Origin: Eledone cirrhosa
Lineage: Eukaryota
Direction of reading: 5' to 3'
Length of the DNA stretch: 64,000 nucleotides
Assembly: GCA_964016885.1 (NCBI GenBank)
Contig: CAXHJY010001268.1
Location: 10,979-74,978, forward strand
The position numbers were made by a program, and so were the translations under genes. The notes below the pieces were generated by a model that worked only from the letters and a program-made list of their open reading frames with translations, did not search any database and was not told the origin of the DNA. Positions within the stretch are counted from its first letter, which is position 1, and every line of letters begins with the position of its first letter. Below are positions 17,343 through 29,830 of this stretch, in pieces.

Positions 17343-18070
17343 ATAAATGGAATAGAATGAAACGAAATTTCATTTCTCACTCTTAGTACGGCACTTACTT
17401 AAATGTAAGTATGTATGTATACGTACATACATATATGTATACAGACGTACAGTAGCATGTATATATATACATACAGGCACACATATATATATGCACGTAT
17501 CAGTTTACCGAACATTTATTATAATGCTCGGTTTGTTCGTTTGTAAACAAACAAACAGCCTGAATTACGCCGTACAGTGTTTAGGCAACCACGTCACCTT
17601 TTTGTTCAACACTGACACAGGAACGATGTACTAGTTTCAAGCTTATCAGCACCGTATACCTTTCTGCCAGATGGTTGAACGTCCGAAAGTATATACTTTC
17701 CTTATGAAAATTAACGGCTGAGCAGCGTAATTTGCATATCGAGTGAGTTCAGTCGGCCAGGCACACCGAAAACGATAAATGGAATAGAATGAAACGAAAT
17801 TTCATTTCTCACTCTTAGTATGGCACTTAATTACATGTAAGTATGTATGTATACGTACATACATATATGTATACAGGCGTACAGTAGCATGTATATATAT
17901 ACATATTCAGGCTGTTTGTTTGTTTACAAACAAACAAACCGAGCATTATAATAAATGTTCGGTAAACTGATACGTGCATATATATATATGTGTGCCTGTA
18001 TGTATATATATACATGCTACTGTACATCTGTATACATATATGTATGTACGTATACATACATACTTACATT
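17343..18070 (-). repeat. 432-bp tandem unit (~1.3 copies plus inverted fragment) with minimal hammerhead motif at 17624-17654
   Basis: ataaatggaatagaatgaaacg at 17343 and 17775; homologue at 47377-47460 plus 56031-56595. Confidence 0.8.
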
Positions 18071-18479
18071 TATATATATATATATATAAATATATTCTTT
18101 GTCCACACGTTGGACAATAGTCTTTATTCTCTTCTCTTTTACTATTTTTCTCCTTTTGCTAATCCCTGGCACACTCTGTATTTGTGTTATTTACCTAAAG
18201 GCATAACTTGTCTCTATCTGTTTTATGTCCCAATGTACACTGGAATGAATGGTATCAACCTTAATGATCCGAAACTGTAATGATTTCCAGAGGTTGAATG
18301 AGGAGATGGGACTGTACATCTTTCTGTTGTTTTTCCCCATTGTCTTTGTCCTGTGCGGTCCCTATTTTGAACACACACACACACTCACACACACACTAGA
18401 GAAGCAATTATCCATAATTCTAGACAAGATACTTTATTATGTATTGTCTCAATTGAAAATATTATTTGTGGAAGCACCA

Positions 18480-19165
18480 CATCAGTGATGTCGAGATTTT
18501 GGAAAGCTCTGTGTGTGACAGTATAGAAGCTCTTGTGCTTAAGCAAAGACTCCGCTGGAGTGGTCACCTTGCCAGGATGAAGGATTCTAGAATACCAAAA
18601 CAACTCTTTTATGGAGAGTTAGTTAAAGGAAAATGACCTCCACATAAACCAAAAAAGAAGTATAAGGATTCGTTGAAAGCCTCTTTGAAAGACGCTAACA
18701 TCTCTGCTGATACATGGGAAAATGTTGCTGCTGATCATAATAAATGGAGAAAGACTGTATAGAGCGGAAAGTTGCCTTTGAAGCATCTCGAATCGCATAT
18801 GAGAAAGTAAAGAGGGCATTACTGTTGCATTTCCTGACAGCGAAGGTCCTTCTATGGCGCTAACATGCAGCGTCTGTGCGAGACTCTGCCTCAGCAAAGT
18901 TGGACTCGAAAGTCACCTTTGCAGTCATAAAGTGAGACCAGTGGTTGACTACCAGGCTGCTGTTGGAGATGCTATTCATCATGCCTGCCAAGCATGTGGT
19001 AGAGAATGTAAATCAGCAGGAGGACTCAAACAACATGCAAAAGTACATGAACTCCAACCACAGCCGGCTATCCCAGTGAATGTTTTGCTTGCCAACTCTG
19101 TGAAAGACATTTTAGATCATTGGCTGGGCTAAAAAGCCACATTCGATCACAGCACTGTTAATTGT
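18480..19165 (+). mobile_element. 5'-truncated RTE-type LINE of a different lineage, with C-terminal C2H2 fingers
   Basis: LRWSGHLARMKDSRIPKQLFYGEL...KYKDSLK, then CSVC..H, CQAC..H and a frameshifted CQLC..H finger; stops present. Confidence 0.82.
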
Positions 19166-19867
19166 TATCGTGTGTGTGTGTGTGTAAAGATGTGTGTGTG
19201 TGTGTATATATATATTTATTATTGTTATTATTTTTTTCGTGCAATGGCCATACTCGATAACGAAGGGGCAGCCATCATGTGTATGTATGTATATATGTTT
19301 TTGTATGTATGTTCTCTTTTTAATGGGAGTTTTAGAGTTTATTTTCACTGGCTACATGCTTGGTAGCAGGGTTGTAGATAAAATGAATATTTGAATATAT
19401 GTATAAATTGATTAAACAGAATATTGTGTATGTAAGAATGAACTAAGGCAGTGAATTTCCAGAGTCATTACAATGTCAGATAGAATGTTTTGCAGTATTC
19501 ATTTCGGTTCTCTGCTGCTCTCTGAGTTCAAATCCTGCCGAGGTTAACTTTGCCTTTCATCCATTCGAGGTCGATAAAAGAAGTACCAGTCTAGTACTGG
19601 GGTTAATTCTTCCTTTGTATCTCTTTTTAACTTTCCTTCTCTGGAAGAAATCTGCTGTATTCAGGCCTGGAGAGGAGATGGGCTTTGCCAGGTTTTAAAA
19701 ATGCCCTAGAAATGCTGTATGTCTATATAGTACCTCTACAAATCCCAAAGGAGTTATGGGACAAAGAGAGAAAAATGAGAAGAATTAACTAAATGCGAGT
19801 CTTTAAACATGTCTAGCTGTAAATGTTCAACCACATATCTCTATATCAAAAACTTTTTGTTTCATAG

Positions 19868-20003
19868 CCATGCCCGGTTGGCGTCTCTTCTGAGCAAATT
19901 CCATCAAGTTCTCTGCCCAACCAATAGCTGTAATTTATCTCCTGAGAGGACACATCCATTATCTTTGCCAACACCGCCCGTTACCGATATCACAGTTGAC
20001 AAG
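19868..20003 (+). CDS. HTT: Huntingtin exon (HARLASLLSKF...THPLSLPTPPVTDITVDK)
   Basis: catag|C...AAG|gtaag; resembles human HQRLYSLLDRF...SHPL...SPDK. Confidence 0.9.
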
Positions 20004-20038
20004 GTAAGCTAACATTTAAGGTAACTTACTCTACTCCC

Positions 20039-20252
20039 TTAACCCTTTAGTGTTCAAACCGGCCAAAACCGGCCAGAATTCTCTACCTCCTTCTGCTGAA
20101 ACTGGCTGTAACTGGTCGCTCAAACTGATGTTAAGGTATTGTTTTCAAAATAAATACTTTCAAAATCTCATAGATTCAATATTATGTGAGGTAAAGCCTT
20201 TACCACTAAAATATAATAGTATATATAAAATAATGTGAATGCTAAAGGATTA
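20039..20252. mobile_element. Small TTAA-bounded TIR element (MITE-like); related copy ~44818-45058
   Basis: ttaaccctttagtgttca ... tgaatgctaaaggatta. Confidence 0.55.
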
Positions 20253-21011
20253 GGTGGTAATTTGGCAGTCATTAGAATGTTGAATAGAATGCTTTGTGGT
20301 ATTCGTTTCAGCTCTCTTCTCTCTGAGTTCAAATCATGCCAAAGCCAACTTTGTCTTTCATTCTTTTGAGGTCGATAAAAAAAAAAGTACCAGTCTAGTA
20401 CTGGGTTGATTCTTCCTCTATATCTCTTTCTCACTTCCTCTCTCTCACTTTCTATCCTCCTTTGGAAGAAATCTGTTGTATTCAGGCCTGGACAGGGATG
20501 CGGTTTGCCAGGTTTAAAAATGCCCTAAAAAATGCTGTATGTCAATATGGCACCCCTACAACTACAGGAGTTATGGGACCATACCATACTCTCTTAGGTG
20601 GTGATTTAATCATTTGACCGTTGAATAGAATGTCTTATGGTTTTTATTATGGCTCTCTGTCTCTACTCAAATCCCACTGAGGTCAACTTTGCCTTTCATC
20701 CTTTTGATGACAATAAAAAAGTACCAGTCCTGTACAGGGGTCGATTTTTGCTTTATATCTCTTTTTCACTTCATCTCTCTCATTTTTTGGAAGAATTTGA
20801 CTGTTTTCAAGATAGTAATGTGTGATTTAAAGGAGATTTAGCTGCTATTTCTAGCATTTTGCATGATCACATAGAGGCTCTCTCATTAGTTTGAGGCTAC
20901 TGCTGTTGCTGATGTAAGATGTCATGATATTTAGTTCCAGATCAGTCTTGATAGACCTATACTCACAAATGCCTTTCTGACTCCACCCCTTTCAATTACT
21001 GATGACATAAA

Positions 21012-21220
21012 GGATACAGTATATTTATTCTAAAACAGATAGTATGTGTGTAAATATTGTACAATACAGTGTACCTATTCTAAATCTGATAGTATATATG
21101 TAAAGAGATATAGGGATACAGTGTATCTATTCTAAATCTGATAGTATATATAAAGAGATACAGGGATACTGTGTACCTATTCTAAATTTGATAGTATATA
21201 TGTAAATATTGTACAATACA
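21012..21220. repeat. Minisatellite, ~51-bp unit x4
   Basis: atacagtgta(c/t)ctattctaaatctgatagtatat repeated. Confidence 0.8.
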
Positions 21221-21875
21221 GAGATGTTTTATCTCTAAAGATGGTTAATAGAAAAAAAGAAAGAAAAGAAAAATTAAATTATAGCTATATTGATCCATCT
21301 AAGGGATTTGTTGTCTTTCAACATTTTAATATCCAGGTAAATATTATAAAAAAGTAATTAGGTTTGTGTTTTGTTATTTTAAACTTAGATCACTTTTTCT
21401 AATGATATAATTCTTTGCTCAGTTTTATGTATCATCATCATCGTTTTTACATCTGCCTTTTCATGCTTGCATGTGTTTGACAGGACCTACTCAGCATGGC
21501 ATTTCTCCACTTGTTGTGTTCCTTCATCATCTCCTCTGCCAGTCTTAGTGATTTGAGGTCAACTCTCACAATCTCTGCCCAATGATGTTGGGGTGTTACC
21601 TTGTAGTTCTTTTCATGTCCTTATATTTCAGCTCTCACAATCTCTGCTCAGGTCATTCTCTACTGCTGCTTCCTTCCACTGGGATTTCTTTACCCATCAG
21701 ACATCGACCACGTGCATCACATGTCCATACCAACACAATCTTCTCTCTTGCACACCATCTCAGATTCCCTTTAAACCCAGCTTCTCTCTTAGCTCGTCCA
21801 AGCTCTGCCTTTCTCTCACAAAACCCAACCAAAAGCATGACAGCAATAAACATCAATGTTTTTCTTTTCTTGCAG

Positions 21876-21995
21876 GAATGGTATTTATCTGTCGTTAAAG
21901 ATCAATGTTTTGGTGCAGAGCCCAACACCAGGGAGTGCGCCTTGCTCTTACAAAAGCTTGACTACTCTGATATTTTGGCAGTTATCATGGCTAAG
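21876..21995 (+). CDS. HTT: Huntingtin exon (EWYLSVVKDQC...IMAK)
   Basis: tgcag|GAA...AAG|gtata, 120 nt; resembles human DWYVHLVKSQC. Confidence 0.92.
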
Positions 21996-22010
21996 GTATA
22001 CATTTTTGTA

Positions 22011-22295
22011 CATCATCATCATCACCGTTTAACATCCATTTTTCGATGCTAACATGGGTTAGATGAGTTGTCCCTTTGTGAGACAAGTCAGATCAGGTGA
22101 CCGTGTCTTGCTCATAGAGAACTGTTTCTGGTTTGGTTTCTATGGCCGGATGCCCTTCTTAATGCCAACCGCATTTACAGTGTAAGCTGCGTGCTTTTTG
22201 CCACGATGCCCACACAGCTACTTTACTGTGTGGGCTGGCCACTTCTTGTAGTGTCACCAACATGACCACTTTACAGTGTGGGCTGGATGGTTTTT
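22011..22295 (-). mobile_element. RTE 3'UTR-derived short element; similar at ~23604-23900
   Basis: (CAT)n tail, ggatgccctt motif, 48-bp modules. Confidence 0.75.
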
Positions 22296-22858
22296 TATAA
22301 TTGTTTTGATTATTTATATTATTGATTGTCGGAGAAGGATGACTGAATCAGTAGTTATACAAAGATAATTTTGTATTAAGTTTCTATTTTCACAATCTGC
22401 TGCGATTAACTTCACCTTTCATCCTTTTTTGGTTTGAATAAAATAAAGTAGCACTCAACGATCTCTGGCCTTTTGTCACTGTGAGAAAGTTGACCTTTCT
22501 ATGTTCTGAGATTCCATTGAGGTCAACTTTGTCTTTCATCCTTCCGGGGTTGATAAAGTACCAGTTAAGTAGTGGGGTTGATATAACTGACTTTCCTCTT
22601 CCCCTAAAATTGATGGTCTAGTGCCAATGTTAGAATTATTATTATTGTTATTTTGGGCAATGGATTGGCAGTATCAGGAGAGCATCAGACAACATGCTTT
22701 GCAGTAGTTATGGCCTTTTACATTCTGAGTTCAAATCCTGCCGGGGTTAATTTTGCTTTGCATCTTTATGGGGTTGATAAAATAAAGCGCCAGTAATTGT
22801 TGTTATTGTTATTTTTAAGAGGCTGTTTTAGTTTGCTTAAAGCATTGTGTAAAGTGTA

Positions 22859-23207
22859 GAAAATAGTGTTTTGTTTGAAGACTACAATAATGTGAATTAG
22901 ATAGTAAATGGTTAAAAATATAACAATGATGTTGGGGTGTTACCTTGTAGTTCTTTATATGTCCTTATATTTCAGGATAACATCCCTTCATCAAAAGGTT
23001 AATAAAAGAAAAAAGAAAACAAGTTTGGAGCTCTATAGTTTTGACAGCTCCAAACTAATTTCTTCTTTTGATGAATGGATGTTATCCTGAAATATAAGGA
23101 GGACCAATAAAATCTTGAAGGCAACATCCCAACATCATTGTTATCATATTTTTAACATTTACTGTCTGATTCACATTGTGGTAGCCTTCAAACAAAACAC
23201 TATTTTT
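22859..23207. mobile_element. MITE-like inverted repeat with ~140-bp arms
   Basis: 22859-22998 is the reverse complement of 23063-23207. Confidence 0.8.
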
Positions 23208-23235
23208 GATGGTTATTTTTGTTTGTTTTTTGCAG

Positions 23236-23454
23236 GAGTTTAGCCCTTCTATTTTGAAAGAGTGCATTTCATTAGGCACACTTTGCACCCTTGAACAACA
23301 TCGCATGGATGAGATGTCCTCGTGTATGCGTGGTGAGCCTGTGAGTATGTCACGTTCAACCGAAGTTACGTATGAGCCACTCTTCCAAGCAGCTCAGCTC
23401 ATGCTTTTCCGACACATTAACAGTGTTATTAACATGCTCCCTGTTCCACATCAG
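23236..23454 (+). CDS. HTT: Huntingtin exon (EFSPSILKECISLG...LFQAAQ...MLPVPHQ)
   Basis: tgcag|GAG...CAG|gtaat, 219 nt; resembles human EFNLSLLAPCLSLG...LFEAAR...QLPAVHH. Confidence 0.92.
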
Positions 23455-24136
23455 GTAATTTTTTTAATTTCACTCTATTAATCTCATATTCAGATCTTTC
23501 TACAATATTTAGTACATCAACACTGTTTCAATCGATTTGATGTCAGGTTGTCATCTGATGTCTTATTCCTGGATATCTATTTAGTACCTTACTGGATTCA
23601 TTATCATCATCATCATCATCATCATCATCTCTATTTAACGTTCATTTTTCCAGGCTAGCATGAGTTAGACAAGTTGTCTTGTGAGACAAGCCTGGTCAGA
23701 TGACTGTGTCTTGTTCATACAGAACTGATTCTGACTTTGTTTTTATGGCTGGATGTCCTTCCTAATGCCAACCACCTTTGCAGTGTGTACTGGGTGCTTT
23801 CTGTTATGACACCAACGTGTCAACTTTACAGTAAGGGCTGGGTGCTTTTTGTTGTGTCACCAACACGACCACTTTACTGTGTGGACCGGGAGCTTTTTGT
23901 CGTTACAAGCTAGGAAATTGGTAGTGTTGTTAGAGTGTAATGTAAAATACCATGCAGTATTTATTCAGCATCTCTACACTCTGAGTTCAAATCCTACCAA
24001 GGTCAGTTTTCTTTCATAATTTTGGTAGTTAATAAAATAAAGTAGCAGTCCAGGGTGGTGCAATGGCAGAATTATTAGTATCAGGCAAAACATCTTGCAG
24101 TACTCATTCTAGCTCTGTGGCTTACTTGAGTGGTAG

Positions 24137-24320
24137 ACTTAATCTGTCACCCAGTTTAACACCACCATCTCATCCTTGGGTTGATTGACTTAATCTGTCA
24201 CCCAGTTTAACACCACCATCTAATCCTTGGGTTGATTGACTTAATCTGTCACCCTGTCTAACACCACCACCTGGTACTTGGGTGGTAGATTTAATCTGTC
24301 AACCAGTTTAACACCATCAG
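24137..24320. repeat. Minisatellite, ~50-bp unit x4
   Basis: gacttaatctgtcacccagtttaacaccacca repeated. Confidence 0.85.
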
Positions 24321-24717
24321 CTCTCCTTTGGTTGTCTTTAGGAGAGTCCTCTCTGTGGCAAGTATTCAGGCCTGGTCTCTAGTTTGAGAATTCCTTCCTC
24401 CCTTCCTTCTTTCCACCAGTCTCAGGGCCCCAGAAAAGTGTCATGTACTCCCCCTCTTCTCTCTTACGAAACAGTAATAAATATATAAATAAAAAATAAT
24501 AAAAAAAATCTAGAAATGTAGGTCGGTAGTTAGGATCCAGCCTGGGACACACTGTAGGTAACCCTAGGTTTTTAGTTTTTTGAGCCATTATGACTGAGAC
24601 CATGCTGGAGTACATAGAAAGAGACGTTTTTTTTTTATTTTTGAAAAATTATAATTTTATATTACATCTATTTTCAACTTTATTCCTGTGTTTTTTTTTT
24701 TGTTTTTTTTTCTCCAG

Positions 24718-24945
24718 GTCCTTGTTGATTTCCCCCCTCCTGGAATTCCTATGAGTCCTCGTGAGATCCAATACCAAGAGAAAATGGAGGATTTCTTTAT
24801 AGATGCTGCTTGGATGGATGCTGTGTTTCAGTTTGCTGCCTCACTGCTACAGTATCTACAGTCATTGATGTTGTTTCCATGGCAACCGGCAGTGCCACAG
24901 GAGTCACAGACAGATGTCTGCCGCTTTATCATACTAACACTAGAG
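24718..24945 (+). CDS. HTT: Huntingtin exon (VLVDFPPPG...DVCRFIILTLE)
   Basis: long poly-T tract, ccag|GTC...GAG|gtaaa, 228 nt, in phase with neighbours. Confidence 0.92.
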
Positions 24946-24969
24946 GTAAATACTTATTATTATTATTAG

Positions 24970-25383
24970 GGCACTAGATTGGCAGTATCGGTAGAGGGTC
25001 GGACGCCAAGCTTTGCAGCATAGAGTTATGGCCCTTTACGATCTAAGTTCAAATCTCGCCGAGGTTAACTTTGCCTTTCATCCTTATGGGCTCGATAAGA
25101 TAAAGTACCAGTCATGCACTGGGATAATTACGGGGTTTGTACCAAAAGTAGAAACAATTATTATTATTATTAGCAGTATCAGTAGAGTGTTGGACGACAT
25201 GCTTTGCAGCATAGAGTTATGGCTTTTTAAGTTCTAAGTTCAAATCCCGCTGAGGCTGGCTTTCCATTTTCTCCATACAAGGTCGATAAAATACAGTACC
25301 AGTAATGCACTGGGGTTGTTTAATTGCCTTTCCCCTATCCCAAAATTGCTGATCTTGTGCCTAAATCAGAAACCATTATTATT
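24970..25383 (+). mobile_element. Two tandem tRNA-derived SINE copies
   Basis: A/B boxes, shared core, (ATT)n tails; more copies at ~22500-22800, 23910-24050, 31356-31550(-), 32600-32724(-), 40906-41112. Confidence 0.85.
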
Positions 25384-25439
25384 GTCACCTCAAAGGTGGG
25401 ATTGGTTGAGTCATAAAATCATAGAACACAATGCTATGT

Positions 25440-26700
25440 GGCATCTGATCCGGACTGGTCTATTCTGGATCAATCCCAAATTATCTGTTCTGGTGACAAT
25501 CTGATCTGGATTGCTCTGATCCAGATTGATCCCATATGATCTGGATCAGTCAAATCCAGATTAGCCCCATTTGATCTGGACTGGTTCAATCTGATTCAGA
25601 TCAGTCCCATCTGATCTGGATTGAAACGATCTGATCCAGACAGGTCCTATATGATCTGGACTGGTCCAATTCGTATTGGTCTCATCTGATCTGGACCGAT
25701 CCAATCCGGGTCAATCCCATATGATCTGGACCAGCCCCATCTGACCCAGACTGGTTCAATCCAATATGGACTGGTCCTATCCAGATAGGTTCCATCCGAT
25801 CCTAATTGGTGCTATCTGTTCCGGATTGGCCCCATCCTATCCAGACTGGTGTCATTGATCCATACTGGTTCCATCTCATCCAGCCTGGTCCCATATATTA
25901 CAGGCCTAATATGGTTCAGTCCCATATGATCCAGATTGGTCTGATCCAGACCAGTGCCCTCTGATCCAGTTTGGTACTCCCTGATATGAACCTGTCTCAT
26001 CCGAACTCAACCGGTGCCATCTGATCTTGACTGGCCCCATCCCATTTAGGTCAGTCTTATCTGATTTAAATCTGTTCTGTTGCCATCTAATCCAGATTGG
26101 TCCAATCTGGATTAGTTACTTTGAACCAGATTGATTCCATCTGACCCAGACCAATCCCATATGATCTTACCAACACAATCTGGATCGGTCCCATATTACC
26201 TGGATTGGTCTGATCCAGATTGGCACCATCTGATCCGGTTTGGTCCTATCTGATCCAGATCGGTCTCATCTGATCTCAACCGGTTCCATCTAAATTAGAC
26301 TGGTTTTGTCTGATCCAGATCAGTCCAATGTGGTCCGGATCAGTCCAAGCTGATCCGGATCAGTCCAAGCTGATCCGGATTAGTCCAATATGATCCGGGC
26401 TAGTCTGATGTGGTTCAGTGCCATCTGATCTGGATCAGTCCTGTCTGGATTGATCTCATATCTGTTTTGGTTCAATCTGGTTCAGTCCCATCTCATCTGA
26501 ATTGGTACCATCCAATCTGGACTGGTTCCATCTGATGCAGACTGGTTCAAACCAATCTGGATCAGTCCCATATGATCTGGACTGGTCAAATCTGGATGGT
26601 CACATCTGATCCGGACCAGTCTCATCCAATCTCGACTGGTTCCATTTGATTCTGACTGGTCTCGTCCGATCTTGACCTGTCCCATCCGATCCAATCTTAT
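25440..26700. repeat. Degenerate quasi-palindromic satellite, ~20-bp unit with 5-bp sub-period (CCATCTGATCYRGAYYGGTC-like)
   Basis: Direct reading, e.g. gatccggatcagtccaagct repeated near 26335-26385. Confidence 0.88.
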
Positions 26701-27026
26701 TCAATACTCGTATGTTTCTAATAATTTTTTGAAAATGTTTAAGTGCCCTAATATTTTCCCAATGCCAACATAATGAAAGATGCTTATATTAAAGAGTGTT
26801 TAAAGTCAAAATTTGTACTGAACACCTCATTGTTTCATGAAAGATAATATAAAATGTCAATAGGTAAACATTTCTCTTTTATTAAGGTAAAAGTTATATA
26901 TAATTCTTTCACCAAACATCTCAGAATTCTTGATTATCTTGAAAATTAAGGAACACTAAAACAGGATGTATTCTTGTTAGAAATTTGGTGATAAAAGGTT
27001 ATATTTTTTAAATGTTATTTTTTCAG

Positions 27027-27204
27027 ATGATAAATTGGCTTATCCAGCATTCTACACTTCCTCCATCAAACCAGATCCAAGTAGCTCTAGAAGGACTCTC
27101 TGTTGTGTTACAGAACCCCCAGCTTGCTAGTGTGGTCGGACAAAAAGATCACATAAGCTGGGCCTGCACTTGTGTGAAGACTGTCTATCGTTTATTAGAA
27201 TCCT
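27027..27204 (+). CDS. HTT: Huntingtin exon (MINWLIQH...SWACTCVKTVYRLLES)
   Basis: ttcag|ATG...T|gtaagt, 178 nt, in phase. Confidence 0.9.
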
Positions 27205-27254
27205 GTAAGTTAGAAGTTACTGTTTTCTTTCATTTTTGAATATTCCTGAATGAG

Positions 27255-28150
27255 CAGAGTTGTTAGAACGTCAGATAGAGTGCTTTGTAGTATTCAATTT
27301 GGCTCTGATCTCTGAGTTGAAATCCTTCTGAGGTCAACTTTGCCTTTCATCCTTTTGAGTTTGATAAAAAAGAAGTACCAGTTATTTAACTCCAAGTTAA
27401 CCCTGTAGAAACTATGTTAGAATGTATTTATGGCTGTCAAATATCTATATGTATGTATTTATGTGTGTGTATGTATGAATGGCTGGCAGGTGTGTATGTA
27501 TGTGTGTGTATGGCTGTCAGGTTTGCAGGTGTGATGTTTCCACAAAATCAAAGTTGAGATTTCGACACACAAAAGAAGAAACAACAGTTATGCTGTGAGT
27601 TACTGCTGTGTTCAGCTCTGGAGAGATGATGTGCTCTGCCAAGCTTAAAATGTCCAAGAAATGCCATATTCCCCTACGACTCCATCAGGAGTTATGGGAC
27701 CATACCATTAAATATCTCATAATGTAGTGAATGTTTATCTTTTAACTCTGTCTTATTTCTTTAACACTCATTGTAATTTTTTCTCCCCCCAAACATTCAC
27801 TACATTATGAGATATTTAATGTTATGGTATGGTCCCATAACTCCTGATGGAATTGTAGGCACGCTGTAATGTAATACTGCGTTTTTTGGTCATTTTAAGC
27901 CTGGTGGAGCCCATCTCCTCTCCAGGTCTGACAACAGCAGATTTCTTCCAGAGAATGATAGAAAGTGAGAGAACGGAAGTGAGAAAGATTTAGAAGTGGA
28001 ATTGACCCCAGTACTAGACTGGTACTTGTTTTATTGACCTCGAAAGGATAAAAGGCAAATTTGATCTCAGCATGATTTGAACTCAGAGAGCCAAAATGAA
28101 TACCACAAAGCATTCTATCTGACATTCTAATGACTGCCAATTTTCCACCT
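27255..28150. mobile_element. Tail-to-tail inverted pair of SINE-derived elements
   Basis: 27680-27737 is the reverse complement of 27791-27851; SINE heads at 27255(+) and 28150(-). Confidence 0.7.
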
Positions 28151-28687
28151 TTGAGATAGTACAACAATAATTAAAAAGAAATATTTTGTTAGAAAATAAA
28201 GTACATGTCAGATGGATAGAACTGGATATGGTTTCTTTTTTTCGTTTCTTTTGTAATTGAAAAAAAAATTTGTTTACTCTCGGGTCTCAAATAATTGCCA
28301 CCCAGCCCCTTATTTTTCAGATTTTTCCACCTGCTTATTAAATTTTGCTCATCTATTGCTGGTGAAATTTTATTTTAAGTGGTCACATTCCTGCGACAAT
28401 TAATTTTCTTTATACATTAAAAAACATAAATGAAACATAAATGAAAAAAAAGAACATTACAAGAAATCCCATGTTATAAAACAAATAGGATGGGTTGGAG
28501 TCTCAATATGTAAACTAAATGACTAATTCTGTTTTTTTTTTTTAAATCAAGGAAGATAACCTAGAAAAATTGATTTTCCTACCCCACTGCTTATTCCAGC
28601 TCCCCCTATTATTTGGGACCCAAGTGTAGTAGGATCTACATAATTTCTTTCTTTTCCCCATTTATTGTATATTTTCAATGATTATAG

Positions 28688-28768
28688 TGATGGTTCTCCC
28701 TGGTATGAAACTGGCCATTCTACCCAACCAAGATGTCCACGATGATCAGCCAAAACAGAGTTTTGATG
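28688..28768 (+). CDS. HTT: Huntingtin exon (LMVLPGMKLAILPNQDVHDDQPKQSFD)
   Basis: tatag|TG...G|gtaag, 81 nt; open frame, phase 1 at both ends, fits between neighbouring exons. Confidence 0.8.
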
Positions 28769-29509
28769 GTAAGAATACTTCAATATATTGCATTAAGAAA
28801 TGCTTTGATCTTGGACAAACTCAAATACAAATATGAAAAAGTAGAAACTTGTCTTTATATATATATATATATCCTAAACGGACGGTAGTCCGTTTAGTAA
28901 TATTGTTGTGGTCGTGTTTTCGTTGGCAATCGTCTGTTTACGACAGTACAGTGCGGCTCTACTTTATTTAACTGACATAAAACTTATATGAGCATGAACA
29001 GTAGATCATTACGCATCTTTTGGCTTAAAAATCTAGAAATTTGGTCCAGTGGGAAAAAGTTTATAATCAAAGTTTGCTGATAAATCTTGTGTTCAAGTGA
29101 GTGAATAGTAAGCGTGACGCTAGGGGAGGTAATCCAGAAATGACGACGTTTGGAAAAGTTTAATTACTGCATGAAAGAAATGATTCAAAAATTGAACTTG
29201 CCCAATCTTCACAACATTGAAAATTGGTCAAAATTTGACAAATCTGACTTCAAACCAGATATGATTCATTTGAACAATGTTGGAAATCTTAAATTGACAC
29301 AAATTTTTGCCAATGTTTTTGCCACCTGATCCTTGTTCTATGGCTGACTGACTAATTTTGTGACTTAATAAAATGTCATCATACTAGTAAGGCACAATGG
29401 TCATTTTTAAATTTAAATGTTATTAAATAGTTGTTGCTTGCATTGCCTTAAAATAGTAACAAGAATGTACACATACTTTTTAAAAATACATCATTATCAG
29501 TCAAATCAG

Positions 29510-29830
29510 TCAAATGTCACTAAAAGCCAGCTGGTCCATAACAACTTCTATAAGATTAGTTACATGCTCACACATTGGATCACCTCTCATCAATGGCATT
29601 GGGTGTCTGAGATAATCGTGGAGATAACTGATGAAGTCACAAATGAAGTGATGGTCTTCCAGTGTGAACAACTCCCTATATCCATTGATATATGTGATGG
29701 CTTCCGATTCATAGGTGCATTTTATGAGGAATTCCATGCATCCGATTTTCAGTGATTCAATGGGCATTTTATCAGAGATGATAAGGTATTTGACCACGTT
29801 TTGCTTTGTAAGTAAATTGGAGAGAATCAC
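29510..29830 (-). other. Open reading frame resembling a BACK/SPOP C-terminal helical segment (possible gene fragment)
   Basis: ILSNLLTKQNVVKYLIISDKMPIESLKIGCMEFL fits the L..eNv...L..ad......Lk..c..Fi pattern; candidate ttgcag acceptor. Confidence 0.4.

Larger units (their letters stand above)
19447..20745 (+). mobile_element. Three SINE copies flanking an HTT exon (~19447-19760, ~20270-20590, ~20597-20745)
   Basis: B box gagttcaaatc and shared core tttgcctttcatcc...gtcgataaaa...gtaccag. Confidence 0.75.
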
